A stretch of 24,425 nt of DNA from an uncultured Candidatus Rokubacteria bacterium (lineage in GTDB: Bacteria > Methylomirabilota > Methylomirabilia > Rokubacteriales > DASRDR01). Below the pieces are notes generated by a model that was not told the origin of the DNA, did not search any database, and worked only from the letters and a program-made list of their open reading frames with translations. Positions 10,130 through 18,422 of the stretch are shown here, piece by piece. The stretch covers positions 1-24,425 of the forward strand of contig CAVPSB010000033.1 of assembly GCA_963708025.1 (NCBI GenBank). The letters are read 5' to 3'. The first letter of the stretch is position 1. Each line of letters opens with the position of its first letter. Position numbers and translations under genes: made by a program.

Positions 10130-11425
10130 ATGAGTCTGGTCCCGCGACGGTCGCAGGTTTGGTTGGCACTGCTGACGTTCGGCTTGACGATCGTGTACGT
10201 GCCGACGCCGGCGCTCGGTGGTGACTCGAGCCGGTCGTGCCGGCACGGTGATCGCGGTCGCCTGCTCCGCTTCGAGCGAGTCGCGTCGCACGCGACGGCC
10301 GCTGACGCTCGCGCGTACTTCGACTCGTGGATCGAGTTCTACCGAGACTTTTACGGGTTCCCTCCGAGCCTCCCCGTCAACATCGACTACGGCTTCGACA
10401 CCTACAAGGTGACGTATTGCACCGTCGATGCAGTGCTCCCCGGTCAGTCGAGCGCGCGGCCCACCATCGCCACGGGGAACGTCTCCATACCGCGCAAATC
10501 CGGACGGCTCTCGACGGTCGTGTACCTGCACGGCACGTCGGTCTCCTTCTATGACGCGCCTTCGAACCCGAACGTCTTCGGCGGGTTCAACGAGAACGGC
10601 GAGAGCTTCGACGGACCGCCGTCCAGCGCGATCTTCGCGGGCGGCGGCTTCATTTACATCGCTCCGGACTACCTCGGCCTCGGTGACTCGACGGTGCCGC
10701 GCCATCGCTACTTCCACGCCGCCACGGAAGCTTCGTCCGCGGTCGACTTGCTCGCGTCCTCGCGCCACGTTCTGACGCACCTGCACGTGCAGCAGACCGA
10801 CGATCTGTTCACGTTCGGCTTCTCTCAGGGAGGTCACGCGGCCCTCGCTCTCCACCGCGAGTTGCAGAAGGAACATGTCGACGTGACCGCCACCGCCACG
10901 GTCGGCGGAGTCTTCGACGTCGAGCGCTTCTTCCTGTCGTCGATCGCGGACAACACGCCAGTGACGCTCACGCTCTACGTCTCGTACATCTTGCTGGCCT
11001 ACGACGACGTCTACAACGTGTACGGACTGCCGTCCGACGTCTTCAGGCAGCCGCATGCCTCCACGGTACCCGACCTGTTCGACATGCAGCACTTCTTCGA
11101 CGACGTGCTCGCGGGCCTGCCGCCGACCTCGCGCGAGCTCCTCAGGCCATCGTACTACGCGAACGTGAGCAACAATCCGAACGATCCCCTCCGCGTCCGT
11201 CTGCGTCAGAACGCGGTCGACCAGTGGCGGCCCGAAGCGCCGATCCGCGTCTATCACAGCCCCGACGACGAGGAGGTCTTCTTCGAAGACGCTCTCGTGT
11301 CCGTGAACAGACTGCGGAATCGAGGCGCTGACGTCACCGTCAAGACGCTCCCGGGCTTCGACCACGTCGGCAGCTGGATCCAGGCCATGCCGCGCGCGGT
11401 GACGTACTTCAAGACGCTGGACTGA
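10130..11425 (+). CDS. Secreted lipase-like alpha/beta hydrolase
   Basis: AAGGAGG RBS before ATG 10130. Signal peptide. Motifs YLHGT, APDYLGLG, nucleophile GFSQGG, HSPDDEEV (acid) and DH (His). Confidence 0.85.
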   Translation: MSLVPRRSQVWLALLTFGLTIVYVPTPALGGDSSRSCRHGDRGRLLRFERVASHATAADARAYFDSWIEFYRDFYGFPPSLPVNIDYGFDTYKVTYCTVDAVLPGQSSARPTIATGNVSIPRKSGRLSTVVYLHGTSVSFYDAPSNPNVFGGFNENGESFDGPPSSAIFAGGGFIYIAPDYLGLGDSTVPRHRYFHAATEASSAVDLLASSRHVLTHLHVQQTDDLFTFGFSQGGHAALALHRELQKEHVDVTATATVGGVFDVERFFLSSIADNTPVTLTLYVSYILLAYDDVYNVYGLPSDVFRQPHASTVPDLFDMQHFFDDVLAGLPPTSRELLRPSYYANVSNNPNDPLRVRLRQNAVDQWRPEAPIRVYHSPDDEEVFFEDALVSVNRLRNRGADVTVKTLPGFDHVGSWIQAMPRAVTYFKTLD

Positions 11426-11598
11426 TCCCCTGGCGTCCCACGTGGCTCGGCCGGCCGACGGCACTTGCGAGCGGTCGCGAAGCCAGGCTGTTCTACTCCC
11501 TGAACTGAACGCGCGGACCACGATAGAATGACCGATGCCCCCGGTGGGGCGAACGGGGTCGCTATCGAAACTCCGAGAATCGGAACCGGGAGTGTGAC

Positions 11599-13407
11599 AT
11601 GGCCAGGACACCACTCTTGCGCGCGCTCCGCACCCTCTTCGCCGAGCACCGCGCTGCTCGACGGCTCGGCCTGCCCGTCGATGCGCTCCGCGAACATCGC
11701 GCCCGCGCAGCCGAGGAGGCCGCGCCACCCGGCCTCCCGCGCCGCCGGTTCCTGACCGGGGCCGCGGCCGCGGCGGCCCTCGTCACGCTGCCGCGCCGGG
11801 CGCGTGGCGCCGGTGATCCCGTCGTCGCCATCGTGGGCGGTGGCATCGCCGGCCTGACCTGCGCGCTCGAGCTCGCCGACCTGGGCATCGCCTCCACCGT
11901 CTACGAGGCCTCCGGCCGCGTGGGCGGCCGCATGTTCTCGAACACCGGCGGCTACTGGGACGCCGGCCAGGTCACCGAGTGGGGCGGCGAGCTCATCGAC
12001 TCGGGCCATCGGACCATCCGGAAGCTGGCCCAGCGCTTCGGCCTGCCGCTGGACAACCTGCTCGCCGCCCAGCCCAACCATTCCGACGACGTCTACCACT
12101 TCTTCGGCCACTACTACCCGAAGAGCCGGGCCGACGCCGACTTCTCGGCGATCTTCGACGCCATCGCCGACGACGAAGCCGCCGCGCCGTTCCCCACCAC
12201 CTGGGACTCTTCCACCCCGCGCGGCCGATTTCTCGACGGCCTGAGCGTCCACGACTACATCGAGCGGCGCGTCCCGCACGGCCACTCCTCGCCGCTCGGC
12301 CAGCTCCTCGACACGGCCTACGCTATCGAGTACGGCGCCGACAGCGTCAACCAGTCGGCCCTCAACCTCCTGTACCTGCTCGCCTTCCAGCCCACGCCCC
12401 ACGAGCTCGCGGTCTTCGGCGAGTCCGACGAGAAGTACCACATCCGCGGGGGCAACCAGCAGCTCCCCAGGGCCATGGCCGCGGCGTTGCCGGGAACGGT
12501 CAAGACCGGCTACAAGCTGGTGAAGATCAGAGAGACCGCCGCCGGCCGCTCCCGCCTATGGTTCGAGCGCGGCTCGGGCACGGTCGAGGTCGTGGCCGAC
12601 TGGGTCGTTCTGGCCGTGCCCTTCGCCGTCCTCGCCAAGGTCGATTACGTTCAGGCCGGCTTCGACCCGCTCAAGCTCCAAGCAATCGCCGAGCAGGGTC
12701 GGGCTCACAACGGCAAGCTGCAGCTGCAGTTCAATCAGCGTCGCTGGCTCGGCCCCGGCCCCTGGCCCGGCAAGGCCAACGGATCGAGCTACAGCGACAC
12801 CGGCTACCAGGCGTCCTGGGAGGCTACGCGCGCCCAGAGCGGTGATCCCGGCATCCTGGTCCTCTACTCCGGCGGCTCGGTGACCGACGCCATGCACACC
12901 ACCGAGCCCTTCGCGACGGCGTCGAACGCCAGGGTGCGGCAGGACGCCGAGGCCGGCCTGGCCCAGCTCGCCCCCGTCTTCCCCGGCCTCCACTGGAACG
13001 GCAAGGCCACGCAGTCGATCCCGCACAAGAGCCCGTTCTTCCGCGCGTCGTATTCCTTCTACAAGCCTGGTCAGTACACGACATTCGCCGGCTACGAGGC
13101 GGTGCGCCAGGGCGGCGTGCTCTTCGCCGGCGAGCACACGTCCACCGACTTCCAGGGCTTCATGGAGGGCGGCGCCGAGCAGGGCAAGCGCGCGGCCCGG
13201 GAGCTGGCGCGACCTGATCTGAAGATCTTCGGGAGGGTCTCGGAGACCCCCCCGAGGCCCCCCCTCGGAGGCCGCGGCAAAGCCGCGGCTCGAAGTGGAA
13301 CGCCATTGCCGCCAGGACAGGCGCCAGCGCGTTGCGAGAAGCCGATGAGCGGCGGGGGACAAGAGCCGCCGGTCAGGGGCTCTGGGCGTCCTCCTCCCGT
13401 CGGCTAA
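11599..13407 (+). CDS. Flavin monoamine oxidase family protein; the true stop may be TGA at 13220-13222
   Basis: FAD motif IVGGGIAGL...YEASGRVGGR, EWGGELID, IRGGNQQLP and C-terminal FAGEHTS...GFMEGG. Twin-arginine-like PRRRFL plus a hydrophobic stretch near residue 48. Confidence 0.9.
   Translation: MARTPLLRALRTLFAEHRAARRLGLPVDALREHRARAAEEAAPPGLPRRRFLTGAAAAAALVTLPRRARGAGDPVVAIVGGGIAGLTCALELADLGIASTVYEASGRVGGRMFSNTGGYWDAGQVTEWGGELIDSGHRTIRKLAQRFGLPLDNLLAAQPNHSDDVYHFFGHYYPKSRADADFSAIFDAIADDEAAAPFPTTWDSSTPRGRFLDGLSVHDYIERRVPHGHSSPLGQLLDTAYAIEYGADSVNQSALNLLYLLAFQPTPHELAVFGESDEKYHIRGGNQQLPRAMAAALPGTVKTGYKLVKIRETAAGRSRLWFERGSGTVEVVADWVVLAVPFAVLAKVDYVQAGFDPLKLQAIAEQGRAHNGKLQLQFNQRRWLGPGPWPGKANGSSYSDTGYQASWEATRAQSGDPGILVLYSGGSVTDAMHTTEPFATASNARVRQDAEAGLAQLAPVFPGLHWNGKATQSIPHKSPFFRASYSFYKPGQYTTFAGYEAVRQGGVLFAGEHTSTDFQGFMEGGAEQGKRAARELARPDLKIFGRVSETPPRPPLGGRGKAAARSGTPLPPGQAPARCEKPMSGGGQEPPVRGSGRPPPVG
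13227..13295. repeat. REP-like multi-hairpin element
   Basis: Hairpins TCGGG-A-GGGTCT/CGG/AGACCC-C-CCCGA, CCGAGG/CCTCGG and GCCGCGGC-AAA-GCCGCGGC, bracketed by CTTCG...CGAAG. Confidence 0.55.
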
Positions 13408-13519
13408 GGGCCTGCGGCGAAATAAGTGGACCAGATCTCATTCGGTTTCCTGCCGGCGTGGGAGGGAATCATTGAGCAGCCCGCCCGATGACCTGGGACA
13501 GTTATTTCGCGGCAGGCCC
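13408..13519. mobile_element. 112-bp MITE (non-autonomous, IS5-family-like)
   Basis: Terminal inverted repeats GGGCCTGCGGCGAAATAAGTG and GGGCCTGCCGCGAAATAACTG (19/21 match, 25/30 extended). TAA direct repeats at 13405-13407 and 13520-13522. Confidence 0.8.
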
Positions 13520-14793
13520 TAACCTCCTCCGGGCTCCCGGAAGCCGTACACGTCGCGCAGCGCCCGCAGCGTCGCCTCGACGGTCGGCTCGACGAACGGT
13601 GGCTCGGGGAGGTGCGGGCGGGTGGCGGCGGGGTCCTTCAGCCCCATCGAGGTGATGAAGGCGACGACGGTCTCGTCCGGGCTGATCCAGCCCTGCTCGC
13701 GCAGCAAGCGCGCGCCGGCCAGCGCGCACGCCGACGATGGCTCGGGGAAGAGGCCGTCGGCCCGGGCAGCCTCGAGCTGGGTGGCGATGATCGCCTCTTC
13801 GGGCACCGCGATGGCGGTGCCGCTGGTGGCGCGGATCGCGTCCAGCGCCTGGATCGTGCTGTGGTCGGTGTCGATCGAGATGGCCACCGTCGGACCGGTC
13901 GGGACGGGCGGGACGCGATCGAGGCCGGCGGCCAGGGCCCGGCTGAGGGGGCCGAAGCGCTCGGCAGCCGCCAGCCGGGGAAGCCGGTCGATCAGCCCGA
14001 GACTCCGGAGCTCCTGGAGGCCCTTGCTCGCTCGGGCCAGGGCGTCGCCGTAGTCGGTCGGGAACACGATGACGTCCGGCGGCCGCCAGTCGAGCTGCTC
14101 GCAGATCTCGAACGCGATGGTCTTGTACCCCTCCACGCCATAGGGGTTGGCGCCGACGGGAGGGTCGCTGACGTTGCAGACGGGGTACCAGCCGAGCTCG
14201 CGGACGCAGGCCTCGAGGGTGCGCCGGCGAGCCCGGTCGTCGTCGACCTGGAGCACCATCGCGCCGTAGGCCGCCATGAAGACCTTCATGGTCCAGGGCA
14301 CCCGCCCGAAGGTGAAGACCACCGCCGGCAGCCCCGCCTTGGCCGCGTGGGCGGCGGTGGCCGCACCCTGGTTGCCGGTCGAGGAGTCGAGCACGACGTG
14401 CGCCCCGGCCTCCACCGCTTTCGAGACGGCGACCGCGGCCAGCCGGTCCTTGAACGACCAGGTCGGGTTGCGGGTCTCGTCCTTGGCGTACAGGCGGGCC
14501 AGGCCGTGGCGCCCGGCCAGGCGCGTCAGCTCGGTCAGCGGCGTGCCGCCCTCCCCGAGCGTGACGCGCCGGGCCGGGTTGACCGGCAGCAGCTCGCCGT
14601 AGCGCCACATGTCCCAGGGGCGCCCGGCGAGGCTGGCGCGCGTGAGGGTCCGGGCCACGGCGGCCTCGTCGTAGCGCGGCCAGAGGTTGACGCCGAGGCC
14701 GGCGCGCCGGCAGGCCGGGCAGCCGTCGAAGAGCGGCTCGGCGCCGTACCCGGCGCCGCAGCGGGGACACTGTAGCCCGATCACCGTACCCAT
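13519..14793 (-). CDS. Threonine synthase-like PLP enzyme (fold type II) with an N-terminal Zn ribbon
   Basis: CPRC...CPAC, TLGEGGTPL, PLP lysine motif KDETRNPTWSFKDR, SSTGNQG, EGYKTIAFEI, EPSSA, GLKDP. GGAGG RBS. Confidence 0.88.
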   Translation of the reverse strand: MGTVIGLQCPRCGAGYGAEPLFDGCPACRRAGLGVNLWPRYDEAAVARTLTRASLAGRPWDMWRYGELLPVNPARRVTLGEGGTPLTELTRLAGRHGLARLYAKDETRNPTWSFKDRLAAVAVSKAVEAGAHVVLDSSTGNQGAATAAHAAKAGLPAVVFTFGRVPWTMKVFMAAYGAMVLQVDDDRARRRTLEACVRELGWYPVCNVSDPPVGANPYGVEGYKTIAFEICEQLDWRPPDVIVFPTDYGDALARASKGLQELRSLGLIDRLPRLAAAERFGPLSRALAAGLDRVPPVPTGPTVAISIDTDHSTIQALDAIRATSGTAIAVPEEAIIATQLEAARADGLFPEPSSACALAGARLLREQGWISPDETVVAFITSMGLKDPAATRPHLPEPPFVEPTVEATLRALRDVYGFREPGGG

Positions 14794-14814
14794 CCTCTCG
14801 CCTCCGTCGCCGCC

Positions 14815-14883
14815 ATAGTACCCGTCGGGGCGCCCGCCCGGCCACCGGGCCCATTGCGACCGGGAACCGCCCTCGCCTATGAT
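14815..14883. promoter_or_regulatory. Candidate divergent sigma70-type promoters
   Basis: TACTAT on the minus strand at 14815-14820. TTGCGA (14854-14859)-18 nt-TATGAT (14878-14883) on the plus strand. Confidence 0.45.
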
Positions 14884-14977
14884 CGACCCGCATCAGGCTC
14901 CCCGGCGCGGCCCGGCGGCGGCCCGTCGCCGCGGCGCGCGTCCAGGTGACGCGCTCCAACCCAGAGGAGGCCCAACG

Positions 14978-16345
14978 ATGGCGAGACACCTGTCGCGGCG
15001 CAGATTCCTGGCGGGACTCGCCGGCGGCTCGGCCCTGGCGGCCCTGGGCCAGGGGGGGACCGCCCTTCCGGCGAGCGCCCAGACGTTCAACTGGCGCAAG
15101 CACGCGGGCGCCAAGCTGCGCGTGGTCACGCTCAAGTTCCCGATGTCGGAGATCCAGCAGGCGCGCCTCGGGGAGTTCGAGCAGTTGACCGGGATCAAGG
15201 TCCAGTGGGAGATGCTGCCCGAGGACCTGTGGCGCCAGAAGGTGAAGGTCGAGCACCTCGGCGGCGCCACCGACCAGGACGTCTTCCTCAGCTACTACGC
15301 TCAGGAAGGCCGGCAGTTCCTGACCTCGGGCTGGTACGCGGACATGCGGCCGATGATCCGGAACCCCGAGCTGACGAGCCCGGACTTCGGCTGGGACGAC
15401 TTCATTCCCACTCTGCGGGACGCGGCCACGATCGAGGGGCAGGTCCCGATCATCCCGGATCGCGCCACGGCCCTCCCGATCCTCTACTACCGGCGCGACC
15501 TCTTCCAGCAGTTCAAGCTCGAGCGTCCGAAGACGTGGCAGGACGTGCGCAACGCGGCCAAGGTGATCCACGAGGGCACCAGCAAGCAGGTCTTCGGGAT
15601 CGTGCTCCGGGGCAAGGGGGCCGCGGCCACCTCGATGTTCGCGCCGGTCCTCTACGACTTCGGGGGGCAGTGGTTCAACCGCACGACGGGCGACGTCGCC
15701 TTCAATACGCCCGACGCGCTGGCCGCCTTCGAGTGGTGGGGGTCGATCCTGCGCGAGTACGGGCCCCCGGGCTCGGTGAACAACCACTGGGCCGAGGTCA
15801 CCAGCATCTTCAGCCAGGGGCGCGCGGCCATGCTGTTCGACGACATCACCTTCATCACGATCTTCTCCGACCCCGCGAAGTTGACGGTCGTCAACAAGGT
15901 CGGCTACGCGGTGACGCCCACCGGCCCGCGCTCCGCCGACTGGCGGGGCCTGCCGGCCTACCAGCCCAACGTCAACGGGCTGGCCATCTCCGGGCTCGGC
16001 AAGCAGAAGGAGGCCGCCTGGACCCTGGTCCAGTACCTGAGCGACCGCAAGACCTCGAAGCAGTACATGCTGAAGGGCGGCCTGGCGCCGCGCCAGTCGG
16101 CGTGGGTTGATCCCGAGGTGGTGAAGGCGCTGGATCCCGAGTTCCTGGAGACCGGGCGCGCGTCGGTCCAGATCAACTACCCGGGCGTGGCCCCGCTCTC
16201 CATCACCAACGTCTCGAAGGCCCGCGACTACATCGGCCAGGTCATCGTGACGGCCATCCAAGGGGGCAACGTCAAGGCGGCCTTGAACACCGCGTTCACC
16301 CAGTGCGTCGACCTCCTCAAGGAGGAGCGCGCGAAGAAGTCGTGA
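14978..16345 (+). CDS. Sugar ABC transporter substrate-binding protein with Tat signal
   Basis: GAGGAGG RBS. MARHLSRRRFL twin-arginine signal ending in ASA. LYYRRDLF, PKTW, FSQGRAAM and KQKEAAW motifs of family 1 binding proteins. Confidence 0.92.
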   Translation: MARHLSRRRFLAGLAGGSALAALGQGGTALPASAQTFNWRKHAGAKLRVVTLKFPMSEIQQARLGEFEQLTGIKVQWEMLPEDLWRQKVKVEHLGGATDQDVFLSYYAQEGRQFLTSGWYADMRPMIRNPELTSPDFGWDDFIPTLRDAATIEGQVPIIPDRATALPILYYRRDLFQQFKLERPKTWQDVRNAAKVIHEGTSKQVFGIVLRGKGAAATSMFAPVLYDFGGQWFNRTTGDVAFNTPDALAAFEWWGSILREYGPPGSVNNHWAEVTSIFSQGRAAMLFDDITFITIFSDPAKLTVVNKVGYAVTPTGPRSADWRGLPAYQPNVNGLAISGLGKQKEAAWTLVQYLSDRKTSKQYMLKGGLAPRQSAWVDPEVVKALDPEFLETGRASVQINYPGVAPLSITNVSKARDYIGQVIVTAIQGGNVKAALNTAFTQCVDLLKEERAKKS

Positions 16346-16421
16346 GGCCGGCCTGCCCGTACCGTCGCCGCCGGCCCGGCGGACGGCCGCCGGCGGCCGG
16401 CGCCCGGGCCGGGACCGGGGC

Positions 16422-17384
16422 GTGAAAGCCGGAGCGCCGGCCGGGAGCGGGCTGTCGGCGGTGGCGTCCGGGGTGCGCGCGGGCGTCCGCCGGCGCCTCC
16501 CGGCCGGCGCCCGCGCGCTCGGCTTCGTTGACCGCCACCTGCACATCCTCTTCCCGCTGCCCGCCCTGTGCCTGGTCCTCGGCCTGATGGTCTACCCCCT
16601 CGTCTACACCCTGCTCCTCAGCATCCGGAGCTACGACCTCGCGCTCAAGAGCTACAGCCTGGTGGGGATCACCCACTACCTGACCGCCCTGACGAACGAG
16701 CGGTTCTGGGACGCCTTCGGGCGCACGTGCTATTTCACTGCGCTCTCGGTGACCGGATCGATCGTCCTCGGGATGGTGATGGCCCTGATCCTGAACCGCG
16801 ACTTCCGCGGCGCCCGGTGGGCTCGCACGGCGTTCCTGCTGCCGATGGTGGCGACGCCGGTCGCGACCTCGCTGGTGTGGATGATGATGTTCAACCCCAC
16901 CCTGGGCGTGCTGAACTACTTCCTGCAGCTCGCCGGCCTGCCCCCCAGCCTCTGGGTCGCCGACCCCCGGCTGGCGATCCCCAGCATCGTGCTGGTTGAC
17001 GTCTGGCACTTCGCCCCCTTCGCGATGCTCATCCTCCTGGCCGGGCTCCGGTCGCTGCCGCTCGAGCCGTTCGAGTCGGCGATGATCGACGGGGCCTCAC
17101 GCTGGCAGATCTTCTGGCGCATCACCGTGCCGCTGCTCCAGCCGGTGCTGGTCGTCGTCCTGATGTTCCGCACCATCGACGCGCTCAAGGTGTTCGACCT
17201 CATCTGGGTGATCACGGCGGGGGGGCCGGGCTTCGGCTCCGAGACGCTCTACGTGTATGCCTACAACCAGGCCTTCAAGTACCTGGACATCGGCTACGGC
17301 TCCGCCGTCATCGTGGTCTTCACCCTGATCGTGGCCGGAGCGAGCATGGTGTGGATCCGGGCGCGCGAGCGCTCGTGGGCGTGA
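16422..17384 (+). CDS. Carbohydrate ABC transporter permease (MalF/UgpA-like); exact start uncertain
   Basis: Multiple TM helices, EAA-like loop ESAMIDGASRWQIFWRITVPLL, ITAGGPG. Confidence 0.92.
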   Translation: MKAGAPAGSGLSAVASGVRAGVRRRLPAGARALGFVDRHLHILFPLPALCLVLGLMVYPLVYTLLLSIRSYDLALKSYSLVGITHYLTALTNERFWDAFGRTCYFTALSVTGSIVLGMVMALILNRDFRGARWARTAFLLPMVATPVATSLVWMMMFNPTLGVLNYFLQLAGLPPSLWVADPRLAIPSIVLVDVWHFAPFAMLILLAGLRSLPLEPFESAMIDGASRWQIFWRITVPLLQPVLVVVLMFRTIDALKVFDLIWVITAGGPGFGSETLYVYAYNQAFKYLDIGYGSAVIVVFTLIVAGASMVWIRARERSWA

Positions 17385-17388
17385 CCGC

Positions 17389-18261
17389 GTGACGCGCGCC
17401 GACGGACGCCGGACCGGACGCCCGGCGGGCGGGGGCTTACCGCGGCGACTGTCGCGGGTCGCCGACCGGCTCCTGTTCTACGGCACCCTCGCCGGCCTCC
17501 TGGCCTTCTTCCTCTTCACCCTGGCCTGGATGGTCCTGTCGTCGCTCAAGAGCAACGTGCAGGTCACCGCCTATCCGCCGCTCTGGGTCTTCCGGCCCAC
17601 CTTCCAGAACTACGTCGACGTCTTCACCAAGAACCCGTTCTTCTCGTACATGCTGAACAGCACGATCATCGCCGTGGCGGCCGTCGGCATCGGGCTGGTG
17701 TGCGGCCTGCCGGCCGCCTACAGCATGGCCCGCCATCGCCAGGCCGCGCTGGGGTTCCTCGTGCTCAGCGTCCGGATCCTGCCCGGGATCGCGTTCCTGG
17801 TGCCACTGTTCGTGATCTACCGCCGGCTGGGGCTGATCAACACCCTCGGGGGGATCGTCCTCACCCACGTCATCGTCGTCCTGCCGCTGATCATCTGGAT
17901 CATGGCCGGGTTCTTCGAGGACATCCCGCGGGAGCTCGAGGAGGCGGCGTTGATCGACGGGTGCTCGCGGGTCGGCACCTTCGTGCGGATCGTGCTGCCG
18001 CTCAGCCGGCCCGGGATCGTGGCCGCCACCATCCTCAGCTTCATCGCGTCGTGGAACAACTTCATCTTCGTGTTGATCCTGGGCGGCAAGGACACGGTCA
18101 CGCTGCCCATGGCGGTCTACAGCTTCGTCTCCTTCGAGGACGTGAACTGGGGTGGGCTCACCGCGGCCGCCACCATCATCACGGTCCCGATCCTGGTACT
18201 CTCGCTGATCGTCCAGCGATACCTGGCGGGGGGCCTGACGATGGGCGCCGTCAAGGGATAG
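17389..18261 (+). CDS. Carbohydrate ABC transporter permease (MalG/UgpE-like)
   Basis: IPRELEEAALIDGCS EAA motif, SWNNF, GLTMGAVKG terminus. Confidence 0.93.
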   Translation: MTRADGRRTGRPAGGGLPRRLSRVADRLLFYGTLAGLLAFFLFTLAWMVLSSLKSNVQVTAYPPLWVFRPTFQNYVDVFTKNPFFSYMLNSTIIAVAAVGIGLVCGLPAAYSMARHRQAALGFLVLSVRILPGIAFLVPLFVIYRRLGLINTLGGIVLTHVIVVLPLIIWIMAGFFEDIPRELEEAALIDGCSRVGTFVRIVLPLSRPGIVAATILSFIASWNNFIFVLILGGKDTVTLPMAVYSFVSFEDVNWGGLTAAATIITVPILVLSLIVQRYLAGGLTMGAVKG

Positions 18262-18372
18262 GGGCGGGGCCGATGAGCGTCGCAACGTCGATCTCGGTCG
18301 GGACGCGCTCGGCCTACGCCGTTCGGACGGCCTTCGGCCTGTGGGCGCTGCTCGCTCCTCGGCCCCGCCCCT
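18260..18372. repeat. 113-bp element bounded by 20-bp inverted repeats with internal hairpins (MITE/REP-like or structured RNA)
   Basis: AGGGGCGGGGCCGATGAGCG (18260-18279) matches the reverse complement of 18353-18372 at 19/20. Internal hairpins GCCGT-TCGG-ACGGC and GGC-C(TTCG)G-CC. Confidence 0.7.
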
Positions 18373-18422
18373 GAAAACTTGACGCTTCCAGGACTCTAGG
18401 TCTGAGGAAGGGAGGGAACCGA

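Noticed and set aside
11426-11598. Possible sigma54 -24/-12 promoter (GGCACTTGC) as a target for the NtrC-family activator
   Set aside because: The GG-N10-GC spacing is not met. I found no convincing sigma54 promoter in any intergenic region of the window.
8207-11728. 1173-aa minus-strand ORF, and other long antisense ORFs (13502-16546, 2292-4595, 21784-24063)
   Set aside because: They are shadows of well-supported genes on the opposite strand. Very high GC suppresses stop codons, and the translations are Arg/Gly/Pro-rich with no family motifs.
14978-18261. Sugar ABC cluster lacking an ATPase gene
   Set aside because: Common; carbohydrate ABC systems often share an MsiK/MalK-type ATPase encoded elsewhere.
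18379-18402. TTGACG as a -35 box for the oxidoreductase
   Set aside because: No acceptable -10 hexamer at 16-18 nt spacing.
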